NCBI GenBank assembly: GCA_965644265.1
Contig: OZ286471.1
Coordinates: 76,136,001-76,199,866 of the forward strand
DNA length: 63,866 nucleotides
Direction: 5' to 3'
Origin: Glycera tridactyla
Taxonomy: Eukaryota
Under the pieces are notes generated by a model that was not told where the DNA came from, searched no databases, and saw nothing but the letters and a program-made list of their open reading frames with translations. A program made the translations under genes and the position numbers. Positions within the stretch are counted from its first letter, which is position 1. Each line of letters begins with the position of its first letter. This document shows positions 12,736 to 23,819 of this stretch, one piece after another.

Positions 12736-12843
12736 GGAGGAGGAGGAGGAGGAGGAGTAGCGCCTCAGTTGGAGTACTCGTTTGTTGTTATGACAAGGGA
12801 GAAACTGTTATCTATTCTAGAATGTCTGCCTGTGATACTCTGA

Positions 12844-12883
<40 letters not shown>

Positions 12884-13459
12884 CTCGCGCGTGTACGCGC
12901 AGTGAGCGAAATCGTGACATTTTGACGAAACGGGGGATGCGCGTATGCCCGAGGGTGCGCGTATGCATGATTCGTGCAAACGCGCACCTTGTCGAAACTA
13001 TCTGTCATTTGCTTTATTCTTCGCCTTATCACGTGGAACGAAGCACTTACCAACACCCAGCCGCCATTTTTCTTGATGATGTAAATATTAACTTTATTTC
13101 TCCCATGATGCCTTGCGACCGCGAACCCTAGTCCCAACAGAACCGTCTGCGATCGTATATTTGTATGGCTCAAATAGAGAATGAGGTCGGGGTTGGAGGG
13201 AACAGGGTACGCACGATTAATATTTTTCAACATCTCCCATCATGCAATGCGCGGAGAAGACGGATACAACATGGCGATTCGTTGACAATGATGAGTAAAA
13301 AGATCGATTTCTCGTATTTTTCAGTTTATTATCGGCGTTTCATCGGCGTTTGTCAGCGAATATCAGGGGTGTGCGTATGCGCGAGGACATGCGCGTATTC
13401 CGACATTTTGACGAAACGGGGGATGCGCGTTTGTCCGAACCTGCGCGTACACGCGCGAG

Positions 13460-13507
<48 letters not shown>

Positions 13508-14897
13508 CATGTATATTGCTGCTTTTCACCAGGGAGCTAAAAAACACTTAACATTGGGAATACAGATTTATATAGGTATAGATTTGTGAGAAAGATGTCA
13601 AGAGTTTATCATTTCCTTGTTTCAGCGCAGTGTTGATGAATTTATCAACGGGCCAGAAGACAGCATCAAAAACATGCGGCTTCGGATGGCAAATAAGGGA
13701 CTGGGTGCCAATAGCACGGGTGTCAAGGTGGGTATATCAAGAGAGTCCTCATCCAGAACTTAGTGCAGCTCCTTATTTCCTGCTCTGTTTAGAGAAAACA
13801 TCGCTGTTGTANNNNNNNNNNNNNNNNNNNNNNNNNNNNNNNNNNNNNNNNNNNNNNNNNNNNNNNNNNNNNNNNNNNNNNNNNNNNNNNNNNNNNNNNN
13901 NNNNNNNNNNNNNNNNNNNNNNNNNNNNNNNNNNNNNNNNNNNNNNNNNNNNNNNNNNNNNNNNNNNNNNNNNNNNNNNNNNNNATTTCAGCCATGTGAC
14001 TGCGTGTCTTGGTCCCCAAGTTCTTGTGTGCAGGGTTTGTTCTGAAGGGGACAGGGTGTCCAGCCTTCCTAGATCAGGAATATGTGGCATTTCATGATCC
14101 TACAGACTGATCAACATACACCATTAAGCTACAATTATTGAGTCAATCAAGTAGTCGATCAGTCAGCCAGTAAGTCAGTCAATCGATCAATTATTCAATC
14201 AGTCAGTAAGACAATCGATCTATCAGACAATTAATCAGACAATCAATTGATCAATGGCGGCAGTTGTGTATGTGCATTTCAGACACGTGACACGGGTTTT
14301 AACGGAGTTGATGTACGTATCTACGTGCCGGAGGCTGGGGTGGTGTCACCTGCAGCCGTCATCTTCTTCCACGGCGGAGGATGGGTGTTTGGCAGTTACA
14401 GTGAGTGGAAACTACCCCATCCTCCTCCTCCCCTTGCTCATCCTCACTCCCCCTCATCCTCTTTCTGCACCTTACCCTCCCAATCTTTTCATTCTCCCTC
14501 TCCTCTTCATCCCCCCCTCCTCCTCCTCCCCCTCCCCCTGCTCACACCCTCCTCTTCCTGCACCTTACCCATCCCATTTTCTCATTTTCCTCCGCTTCCA
14601 CCTCCTCCCCCATCTTCTCCCACAGCAGTGGATGGGTGGTGGGCTGATACCCCCTCCTCCTCCTCCTCCTCCTCCTCCTCCTCCTCCTCCTCCTCCTCCT
14701 CCTCCCCCGCCTCCTGCACCACATCCTCATCATCATCGTCATCGCCGTCATCGTCGTCGTCGTCGTCGCCACTTCTGCCGTCATCACCATCTGTCATCGC
14801 TTCACTTCCTCCTCACTTCCTCCTCACTTCCTCCTCACTTCCTCACTTCCTCCTCCTCCCCACTGTCACTGCCTCCCTACCTCCACCTTCTTCATCA

Positions 14898-14930
<33 letters not shown>

Positions 14931-17900
14931 TCGTTGTCGTCATCGACGTCTATGTCTTCATTGTCATCATCTCTGCATCATCACACTGGTGATTGTCATG
15001 CTTGTAGCCATCGAGCGCCTTATGATGTACTGAGCTGTTGCCAGTGAGTCCACGTCTTGTTGTGTTGCAGATGGGAGTTTTCATGAAATCATGCTGGAAA
15101 TGACACGCCGTCTCAAAATCACCGTTATCTCTGTCGAGTAAGTTGCATTCTGTAGAGGATAACAGGAATTAGTTCCAGGAGATTCCACCAGGGTATTTCA
15201 ATGTTGTTCCACATTTTGGCGCCTGCGATGAGTTTACCCCCGCTTACAAGAAGAGGTGGGTTGGAGTGATCCCCTTACAAATGAAAGGGGGGCCAGCTTA
15301 CATTGTAAGTGACACCTCTCCACTGGAGGTCACCAGCCAACACTCTCCCTCGCTCTTGTCAGCTGAAGCACCCCACTCCTAGCATCCGTCGTGCGCCTGC
15401 TCTTCAACCTTGTCATATATGACCTAAAACCCACAGCTGAATTCTTCCTGAAACTTGGTGTCACTTTCCTTCCCTTTTTATGAGATCAATACCATGGGAA
15501 TGAAAAGAATATTCTTCACCCCAAATACATCCGTCATACATTTTGAAAACTGGATTTTTTTCTTTACCCTTTTCACTGGTTGCCACCTTGAGCTTCCCCT
15601 TGGACTCTGTATAATCATGTCCTACTGGTCCGATTTTCAAGGAGATTGCATCAAATTCAACCCACACATGATGAATAACTGGACACCAGCTTCCTGTCAA
15701 GAGAGAGTGGGTTGTGGATCTCCAGGGAAATCAAGATCATTTCCTGGACTATCATGGACAGGTTGTTATCGCCACATGTTCGGCTGTGTTGTAGTGACCT
15801 GATTTTAGCCTGCGCGAATCCACCAGGGTCCTTGAAGAAAGCTCATCTAGCTACAGTATTTCTCAGATCACCCCAGGAGATACCTCATCAGATTGGTTCA
15901 CAAGCATTCCGCCCCCTCTTCTATCATGAGTGGAGGTGCACCACTACCTGACTGAAATAATTGATATCAATTCTAGCTGAGATAATGAGATGCATCAGAT
16001 ACGGGGGATACACAGAGCCAACGTTTTCATGCTTTTGCTTACTGAATGATTGTCCATGTCTGTTCACTGTAGCTATCACCTGGCCCCACAACAGAGAAAC
16101 TGTTATCTCCACCATTTGCCACTAGGTATCACTCTAAGCAGTAGTCACCTTACTGAATGATTGTCCCATGTCTGTTTACTGTAGCTATCACCTGGCCCCA
16201 TAAGAGGGAAACTATTATCTCCACTATTTGCCACTAGGCGTCACTCCAATCTGTAGTCACCTTACTGAATGATTGTCAATGTCTGTTTACTGTAGCTATC
16301 ACCTGGCCCCAGAACAGAGAAACTATCATCTCCACTATTTGCCACTAGGCCTCACTCTGACCAGTAGTCACCTTACTGAATGATTGTCCATGTCTGTTCA
16401 CTGTAGCTATCACCTGGCCACGGAACAGAGAAACTATCATCTCCACTATTTGCCACTAGGCCTCACTCTGACCAGTAGTCACCTTACTGAATGATTGTCC
16501 ATGTCTGTTTACTGTAGCTTTCACCTGGCCCCAGAACAGAGAAACTATCATCTCCACTATTTGCCACTAGGCGTCACTCTAACCAGTAGTCACCTCACTG
16601 AATGATTGTCCATGTCTGTTCACTGTAGCTTTCACCTGGCCCCAGAACAGAGAAACAATCATCTCCACTATTTGCCACTAGGCGTCACTCTGACCAGTAG
16701 TCACCTTACTGAATGATTGTTCAAGTCTGTTTACTGTAGCTTTCACCTGGCCCCGGAACAGAGAAAATATTATCTCCACTATTTGCTACTAGGCGTCACT
16801 CTGACCAGTAGTCACCTTACTGAATGATTGTTCATGTCTGTTTACTGTAGCTTTCCCCTGGCCCCAGAAGAGAGAAACTATTATCTCCACTATTTGCCAC
16901 TAGGCATCACTCTGACCAGTAGTCACCTCACTGAATGATTGTCCCATGTCTGTTTACTGTAGCTATCACCTGGCCCCAGAAGTGGGAAACTGTTATCTCC
17001 ACTATTTGCCACTAGGCGTCACTCCAATCTGTAGTCATCTTACTGAATGATTGTCCATGTCTGTTTACTGTAGCTATCACCTGGCCCCAGAACAGAGAAA
17101 CTATCATCTCCACTATTTGCCACTAGGTATCGCTCTAACCAGTAGTCACCTTACTGAATGATTGTTCATATCTGTCTACTGTAGCTATCGGCTGGCCCCG
17201 GAGCACCCGTACCCGACACCATTTGATGATTGTGTGGCTGCCACCAAATACCTCCTGGATAATGCAAACAACTACGGTATTGATCCTGACCGTGTGGCTC
17301 TTATGGGTAAGTAGAATAACGTAGCACGAACACATCAATATTGAATGAAATTGCTATGTACAACGAGACGGGCCTGCTGTTGGATCTCATGAGGCCTTCC
17401 CACGGCAGTTCTGCCTTGTGGTATATTGTAATTTTATTGGATATTCATACATTCTTGCATTTATACCACAGGTTATTCTGCTAAGACTTGATTTCCTGAG
17501 ATGACTACCTTTGCAATGAGACCACCGACATGATTGTCTGTCTAATTCATGGTCCTACGTTGGCTTCCTGCATTCAGTGGTTATCCTTTGCCTTCATAGT
17601 TGTCTATAAAATGTCACTTGAGAAGCTGTGGTGTCTCAGAGAAACCGTGGTATAGAGGATAACAGCATTTAGTTCTCAGAATTTCCATCTGGGTATTTCA
17701 TTGTATTGACACAAGGTGGCACTTGCACTGAGCTGACTACTACTTCTTGTTTCTATCACTACCGTGAACGCGGAAGATAATCCAAAGTGCTTTTCTGTGA
17801 TCAACATAATGTATCCAAGTCATTCAGATTATAGCTGTCCAATCAAGTACAAAACTTGCATTGTCGCCTAATATACATGTACTCGAATTGCAGCCACTGC

Positions 17901-20900
17901 ACTATGAGCTATTCAATCCTCTGATTCACTCATATCATTATTTTCTGCATTATGCCTCAAAATGGGTAATATGAAAGTATGTCCATGCCTATCTATATAT
18001 TAAGTCAATGCATATATGTATATCATAATTTGATTGAATCATTGTATTATTCATCTAGCAAATGAAAATGAACAATCAATAAGGAACATTGCCACTAGGT
18101 GTCACTCTAACTGGTTGGCACCTCACAAAATTGCTGTCGATGTCTATATTTGACACAATGCACCTTGTCAGTGTCTCTCACGCATTTGCCAATATCTGTA
18201 GTATGAAGGTCGATTAACTGAGCATCACATATATTCATTTATTTATAGATAGGAGTGCCATGACCAATCATGTATGTGTACTAAAAAATACTAACTACCA
18301 ATTACTGATAAACTGCTGTCATTTGGGGTCTTGTATGCCCGTCAGAGGCCGGGGGTCTATCTGCAATATACGCTAACAGAAAAATGCTGAATTATAAAAA
18401 ATAATTGTATGACCTATGACTCGAAAATGAAAATTTGTTATTGTTTTTGTTGTTAGTTCATCATCATCATGAATTCTATTGTCAATACTGTGACATTTGG
18501 TTGCTAGGTGACAGTGCAGGTGGTAACCTAGCAGCGGCAGTTTCCCTGCTGCTGAGAGATGAAGACTACGACTACCAGCCCAAGCTACAGGTTCTGCTGT
18601 ACCCAGCACTGCAGGCGGTCGACTTCCTCACACCATCCTACCAGCTCTACCACCATGAGTGCCTACTCTCCAAACCTCTCATGGTCCGCTTCTGGTTATG
18701 GTGAGTAATGGCACCATGCATGATTCTTTTCAACATACCAGAATTTTAACTATATCTCAATGATAATTCTGGTGAACCATCTTTCGTAATAGTGAGATAG
18801 GACCTAAGTACCTTTTAGTGAAACAGGGTTCTAAAAAGGTTTAGAAATTCTGCCAGACAGAACATACAAGGGTTGGCTGGATGACATATTTCTGAAATGT
18901 GTTGTCTGATGTTCAGAGTTTGGCTCAGGGGCCAGCCTTCCATGGGCCTCAGGTGGGTTGGTTGCCATGGAGAATTGTGCAATGTTGTCATCTACTTTGG
19001 TTGTGACCTACAATAAAAACACTGATGAAGCAGATCACTTTGGGCACTTCTACTACTTGCTCATGGTTGTGGTGGTCTTACCTGCTTTCTCAGCCCTCCC
19101 TACCAGCCTGCAACCATACCTCACTGTACTCTGCCACAGACATCAAGATTCATTCGCTAGGGAATCTATTTAGTTAGATTGGTGGCCATAGTTTCTAGAT
19201 GACTGACAGAGATATTCAATCATATTTTCTCACACAGAGATAGGTTTAGCATTTCATATGTGTTGATTTTCTGTTTGAAGCATGATGCTGAAATATCTGA
19301 GGACATCATGATGAGTTCTCAGTCAATCAGAGTATTCTCTGTCCGATTTTGCACTGGTCATCGATCAAGTATGCATTTAATATGTCACATTCAACAGTAA
19401 ATGCCATATTAATTGCCGATACACAAGTGGAATCATATCTCAAGGTCAATGAGCATCCTGGACCGGCGTGCAATGGGTCTGGGGTTCAATCCCCGGTCCT
19501 ACCATGCAGGAATGTTTCACCCCCATCTTCGCTCCTCCTTGGCAGGTGGTCTGATTTAGCCTACTCAAGTGCAGAAAGTGGACATTATGCCCAGGCAGTG
19601 GAAGATTTATTCACTATGTAACTAAAAGCTGCAAATTTTGAAACAGGATTCTGGTGAAATATTGAATTTAATTGAATTTCTTTATTCAAAAAGCAATGAA
19701 CATATGTCATCCTACATGCATGTTTGGTCAATTTCATAAACGTAGGCAGGAATCTCTAATACACGAACTTGAAGAGAAAATAAAAAAAGTATATAGATAA
19801 ATCGAATAGGCAATAAACAGATGCCAATATTTAAATAAGATAGAATTAGCTTGTGCTTATTTAAACAGAAAGTGTATTGAAATACCAAAATGTCTTCTCC
19901 AATAAATGAAATTGAAACCGAGCACATAGTATGTACTCCTATGGTCTCTGCACTCCTGAAACCTTGATGACTTTTCTTGGTGGTATTGCTCTTTCAGTAT
20001 GTGATATGATACGACTGTTTAGGTATGCATTTGGTGACCTGGATGACTTTGAAGAAGCCATGATCAACATGCATACATCACCTGATGTGAAGAAACAGTT
20101 ATCAGCCAGCAGATTGGACCATGCAACCCTAGGTGTCAACACTCAGTCATCACAGTCCGACTATGAGGAGACTGACCTGGACTCTGGTAACAGCACTCTC
20201 TGGGCTGAGATAGTTGACCTGTTTGAGGACCCCTATTATGCGCCCCTGATGGCTGATGACCTCAGCGGTCTACCAAAGGTTAGCTTCATCAATTATATTT
20301 TTGGAATGAATCTCATTTCAACAATTGCAATCTTTCGTCGCCTTCACTGATCAGCTGCTAATGTATATGAGGAACATTGATTTGAAACATAGTGAAGATT
20401 TTCAGAACAAATGTTGCGCTAGATTGAACAAAGAATTGAACAAATTACCTACACATTTCTAAGGGCTGTTTTTTGGATGTTTTTGTGAAGCTCATTTGGA
20501 AGTTGACATTTTTTAATCCAACCAAAAATTGAGTATTTTTCAGACCGTATTTATTTTCTAATTTGAATGATGTGTTTTTTTCAAAGCATCGCTATCAGGG
20601 TTGGGTGTCATCTTCCAGAGATTTACATGGTCATGAATGCCATCTCATGGTGCATCAATTAATTTGATGTAGGTGGAGGTGCGTCTGAACTGTCAGCTTA
20701 TTACTTGCACATGACAATTTGTTTTGGTTCACACCAGGGTGTGTAGGTTAAAGCCTGCTAACACTGCAACCAACCGAGCAACCAAAACCCCCAGAAATGA
20801 CACCTTCTGTGTCTGCGAATATAATAGATCTTCCGTTGGGGACCCCGAAGGAGTCTTGGATGATCTCATTCATGCCTATTGCATGGGTGTCTTAATATAG

Positions 20901-21296
20901 CCCAGATGATGTTGAGCAGGTGCAGGACGACTATGCAACTGACCAACCGATCAAAACAACCAACCAATCATCCTATTTTATCCTACCGAAAAATACACAA
21001 CTGAGGATACAAAAAATATTTTTTACAGTAGCATTCATCAGTCCGAAATGACTCAGTCACTGAAATCATTTCACCCAGTATATTTGTGTGTATTGCAGGC
21101 TTATGTGCTGACGGCCGAACAGGACGTCCTGCGTGATGACAGTATCTGGTATGCGCAGCGATTACACGCAGCCGGAAACGATGTCACACATATACACCTG
21201 GACTATGCCTTCCATGGTCTCCTCACTATGAACATGTTCAAAGATTATCATCGTGCATGGCAGAACGTCTATCAATACGTCGAGAAGGAACTGTAA
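11520..21296 (+). CDS. AADAC/NCEH1-like GDXG (HSL-family) carboxylesterase, 8 coding exons, 398 aa, apparently intact (gene span including introns)
   Basis: Exons 141+102+118+67+122+193+256+198 = 1197 nt, all GT-AG with compatible phases. N-terminal hydrophobic anchor, HGGGW oxyanion motif, SVDYRLAPEHPYP, GDSAGGN nucleophile, DVLRDD acid and FHG histidine. Orthology not established. Confidence 0.92.
11700..12530. repeat. Intronic minisatellite, about 19-bp subunit (AGAGTGTGTGATATCCTGG-like) with larger periods
   Basis: GTGATATTCTAGCAGA recurs at 12017, 12091 and 12222. Confidence 0.85.
12567..12757. repeat. (AC)n, (ACG)n and (AGG)n microsatellites
   Basis: Seen directly. Confidence 0.95.
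12877..13466. mobile_element. MITE with 26-bp perfect TIR inside a (TA)n microsatellite
   Basis: CTGTAGTCTCGCGCGTGTACGCGCAG / CTGCGCGTACACGCGCGAGACTACAG, with (TA)n on both sides. Confidence 0.88.
13626..13727 (+). CDS. AADAC-like coding exon 2 (RSVDEFINGPED...STGVK)
   Basis: TTTCCTTGTTTCAG acceptor, GTGGGT donor, phase 0-0, open frame. Confidence 0.7.
14283..14400 (+). CDS. AADAC-like coding exon 3 (HGGG motif)
   Basis: TRDTGFNGVDVRIYVP...IFFHGGGWVFGSY; TTTCAG acceptor, GTGAGT donor. Confidence 0.92.
14420..14990. repeat. Low-complexity (CCT)n/(CAT)n/(CGT)n tract
   Basis: Seen directly; explains the poly-Ser/Pro/His ORFs here. Confidence 0.9.
15071..15137 (+). CDS. AADAC-like coding exon 4 (GSFHEIMLEMTRRLKITVISV)
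   Basis: TTGCAG acceptor, GTAAGT donor, phase 1-2; joins exon 5 to give SVDYRLAPE. Confidence 0.88.
16040..17184 (+). repeat. 111-bp tandem array derived from the intron 4/exon 5 junction (10 extra acceptor copies)
   Basis: CTGTAG|CT at AG ends 16072, 16184, 16295, 16406, 16517, 16628, 16739, 16850, 16962 and 17073; the true acceptor is at 17184. Confidence 0.95.
17185..17306 (+). CDS. AADAC-like coding exon 5 (YRLAPEHPYPTPFDDC...RVALMG)
   Basis: Conserved HSL-family segment; donor GTAAGT at 17307. Confidence 0.93.
18508..18700 (+). CDS. AADAC-like coding exon 6 (GDSAGGN nucleophile)
   Basis: GDSAGGNLAAAV...QVLLYPALQ; TTGCTAG acceptor, GTGAGT donor. Confidence 0.95.
20023..20278 (+). CDS. 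AADAC-like coding exon 7
   Basis: YAFGDL...DPYYAPLMADDLSGLPK; TTTAG acceptor, GTTAGC donor. Confidence 0.9.
21099..21296 (+). CDS. AADAC-like terminal exon 8 (catalytic Asp and His)
   Basis: AYVLTAEQDVLRDDS..FHG..EKEL*; TTGCAG acceptor. Confidence 0.93.
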   Translation, partial: AYVLTAEQDVLRDDSIWYAQRLHAAGNDVTHIHLDYAFHGLLTMNMFKDYHRAWQNVYQYVEKEL

Positions 21297-21524
21297 ACAA
21301 CAATGTGAAGATTATTTCAGACAATACTCGACATCTGTTAGAAGACATCAGAAGGAAAAATATCTATTACTGCTTGAAGTCGTTTTATCTATAAAAAAGT
21401 GGGAGTGTGTATTTATACGGTTTTATCATTCAACTGAACTGCATTGAGAGGGCTCATCTGTACCTTCGAGAACTCTGTTTTACCTGAACAGTTTTCTCAT
21501 CCATCTTCAAAAATGTGAAAGAGG

Positions 21525-21530
21525 AATAAA
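21525..21530 (+). terminator. Candidate polyadenylation signal of the AADAC-like gene
   Basis: First AATAAA I found after the stop codon, about 230 nt downstream; no transcript support. Confidence 0.35.
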
Positions 21531-22039
21531 AGATAACGATGTTCAGATCCAGGATCTCATCCATTCATTTCCTACTCGAACACTCACAGATTCAAACCAA
21601 GTGTTTGATGCCTGGATCAGGATCGGGATTGGGATCACTCACTGTTTTCTTTTGTTACCCAGCTGGCTACTAACAATTTTCTTATGAAAAAACCCCAATA
21701 ATCTACATAATTTGTCTCTAAATGGTGAGCGCCTGTGATCCCACTTTCCAACCTACCCGGGACCGTTTGACATCTCAAGATTTTAACATCAAAATCTCAT
21801 CAGATGGGATTATTTATTTTTTTCGATCACATTGATGGCTTGTTGTTGTATTTTTTCTACTTCCATGACGTTGTTGTTCATTTTCTGTGGTTGTTTATAT
21901 TTCGAGAAATATGTGTGTTTGATTCTGAATGTGAAGTGGATGATTCGGAAAATAAAGAATTATATTCTTTCATGAATAATGAATGAATCTTATCACAATG
22001 CATGACAAACAACAGTGCATGTCTCTGTGTTATACAATG

Positions 22040-23470
22040 CAACCCAGACCAAGTATGGATACCAAAATGTGACATAGATCAAGTATGGACATCACAATGT
22101 GAAATAGAGTAAATATGGACATCACAATGTGACCTAGTTCATGTATGGTCATCACAATGTGACCTAGATCGAGTATGGACACCACAATAAGAAATGAATT
22201 AGACATGGTCATCACGATGTGACATTAGCAGAGATGCCAACCATTACGATTTTGGCGTAATGATTACGATTTTCACCCCCATATTACGCCATTACGATCT
22301 GGTAGTCAATTATTACGCTTTTTGGAGGTGACTGGTACTGCACCCTGCTACAGTCCATTCCATTTCATAATGTGACTCCCTAATGCCTCACGCCTACTCA
22401 CCAGAGTGGCATCATTTGGGCATACTCCAATGGAAACTATACTAACTGTGAAGGGAGCCAACTATAGGTAAATTCTTCGGTCAAGGGGCTCCTGTTGAGC
22501 GAGGGTGTTGTCCCCATGACAACCACTTGCCAGCAACACTCCCATCCCTACCCCTCACCCGGCAACATCCCAGAGACATTAGATAGGGAGACGCATCATT
22601 CTAGTAGGGTACAAGATAATCTGTTCCATAATACCCCTGCAGGTTAGAGTATTATATGCTGTGCCACTGACCATTTTTTCATGGCCTTCAAGCAAAGAGC
22701 CTATACAAGCTCTTTGCTTCAAGTCAGGTTTCATTGAGCAGTCTGATAAGTGCCCCCCCCCCCCACCCTCCTCTCTCGTGCGGAAAGTTGGCATCTCTGC
22801 ATTAGGTATGTGACATACATTAAGTATGGACATCACAATTCGACATCGATTTGGTATTTGATATCACAATATGGCGGCGGTCAGTTGGGTCGGAGTGACA
22901 TTGAGTCCTTCCTAACCAATCGCAATATGGCATTGATCAGGTATGAATATCACAATGGTGCATTGATTAGGTATGAATATCACAATATTGTATTAATTAG
23001 GTATGAATATCACAATGTGGCATTAATTAGGTATGAATATCACAATGTTGCATTGATTTATGTATGAACCCCACAATGTGGCATTGATTAGGTGAGGACC
23101 CCACAATGTGGCATTGATTAGGTGAGAACCCCACAATGTGACATGGATTAGGTGAGGAGCCCACAATGTGACATGGTTTAGGTGAGGACCCCACAATGTG
23201 GCATTGATTAGGAGAGGACCCCACAATGTGGCATTGATTAGGTGAGGACCCCACAATGTGGTATTGATTAGGTGAGGACCCCACAATGTGACATTGATTA
23301 GATGAGGACCCCACAATGTGGCATTGATTAAGTGAGGACCCCACAATGTGACATGGATTAGGGGAGGACCCTATAATGTGGCATCGATTAGGTAGGGACA
23401 GCACAATGTTGCATGGATTAGGTATGGACCCCGCAATGTGACATTGATTAGGTATGAAGAGCCATTGATC
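22040..23470. repeat. 30-bp minisatellite (CACAATGTG core), interrupted by a MITE; a related array lies at 34130-34440
   Basis: CCCACAATGTGGCATTGATTAGGTGAGGAC-type units at 22920-23470; GTATGGACATCACAATGTGACATAGATCAA-type units at 22040-22225. Confidence 0.9.
22229..22799. mobile_element. hAT-like MITE, 13-bp TIR CAGAGATGCCAAC, flanked by a CATTAG duplication
   Basis: TIRs at 22229-22241 and 22787-22799; CATTAG at 22223-22228 and 22800-22805. Confidence 0.8.
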
Positions 23471-23819
23471 AAGTTGGGGATACAGATGGGGGAGTCTTGA
23501 ATGAGCCAACCCATGTCCATTGCATGGGCATCCAGGTATAGCCTAGATGGTACGCACATCTGGGACATGAGGCAATCGATCGATCAAGCAACAAGTCTAT
23601 TAATCAGACATTAAATGTCACTATAAATATAATGAGATGAGCTTATTTCAAGGATTGGTATGAAAGAATAGGGTTTCGAAAATGAACCCGAGATAATGAG
23701 GAGTCAGAGAGATTTTCAAATAGAGGCAGCTGCCAGTTCAGGTGCACCACCATCTGAAATAGTAGAGGTAATCCTAGCTAATCTTGCAACAAAACGAAAA
23801 GCAAATCCACCAGTATGAA

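Noticed and set aside
14247-15047. Long poly-Ser/Pro/His/Thr ORFs here and at 12230-12968, 54219-54906, 58700-59514 and 62569-63181
   Set aside because: They are translations of microsatellites or N-gaps; only the spliced exon portions are supported.
19470-19500. GGGGTTCAATCCCC B-box as a tRNA gene
   Set aside because: No cloverleaf or acceptor stem; more likely a decayed SINE head.
11700-23470. Common origin of the intron-1 and 3'-flank minisatellites
   Set aside because: Only a short TTGTG..GAT.TCC resemblance, with different periods (about 19 vs 30 bp).
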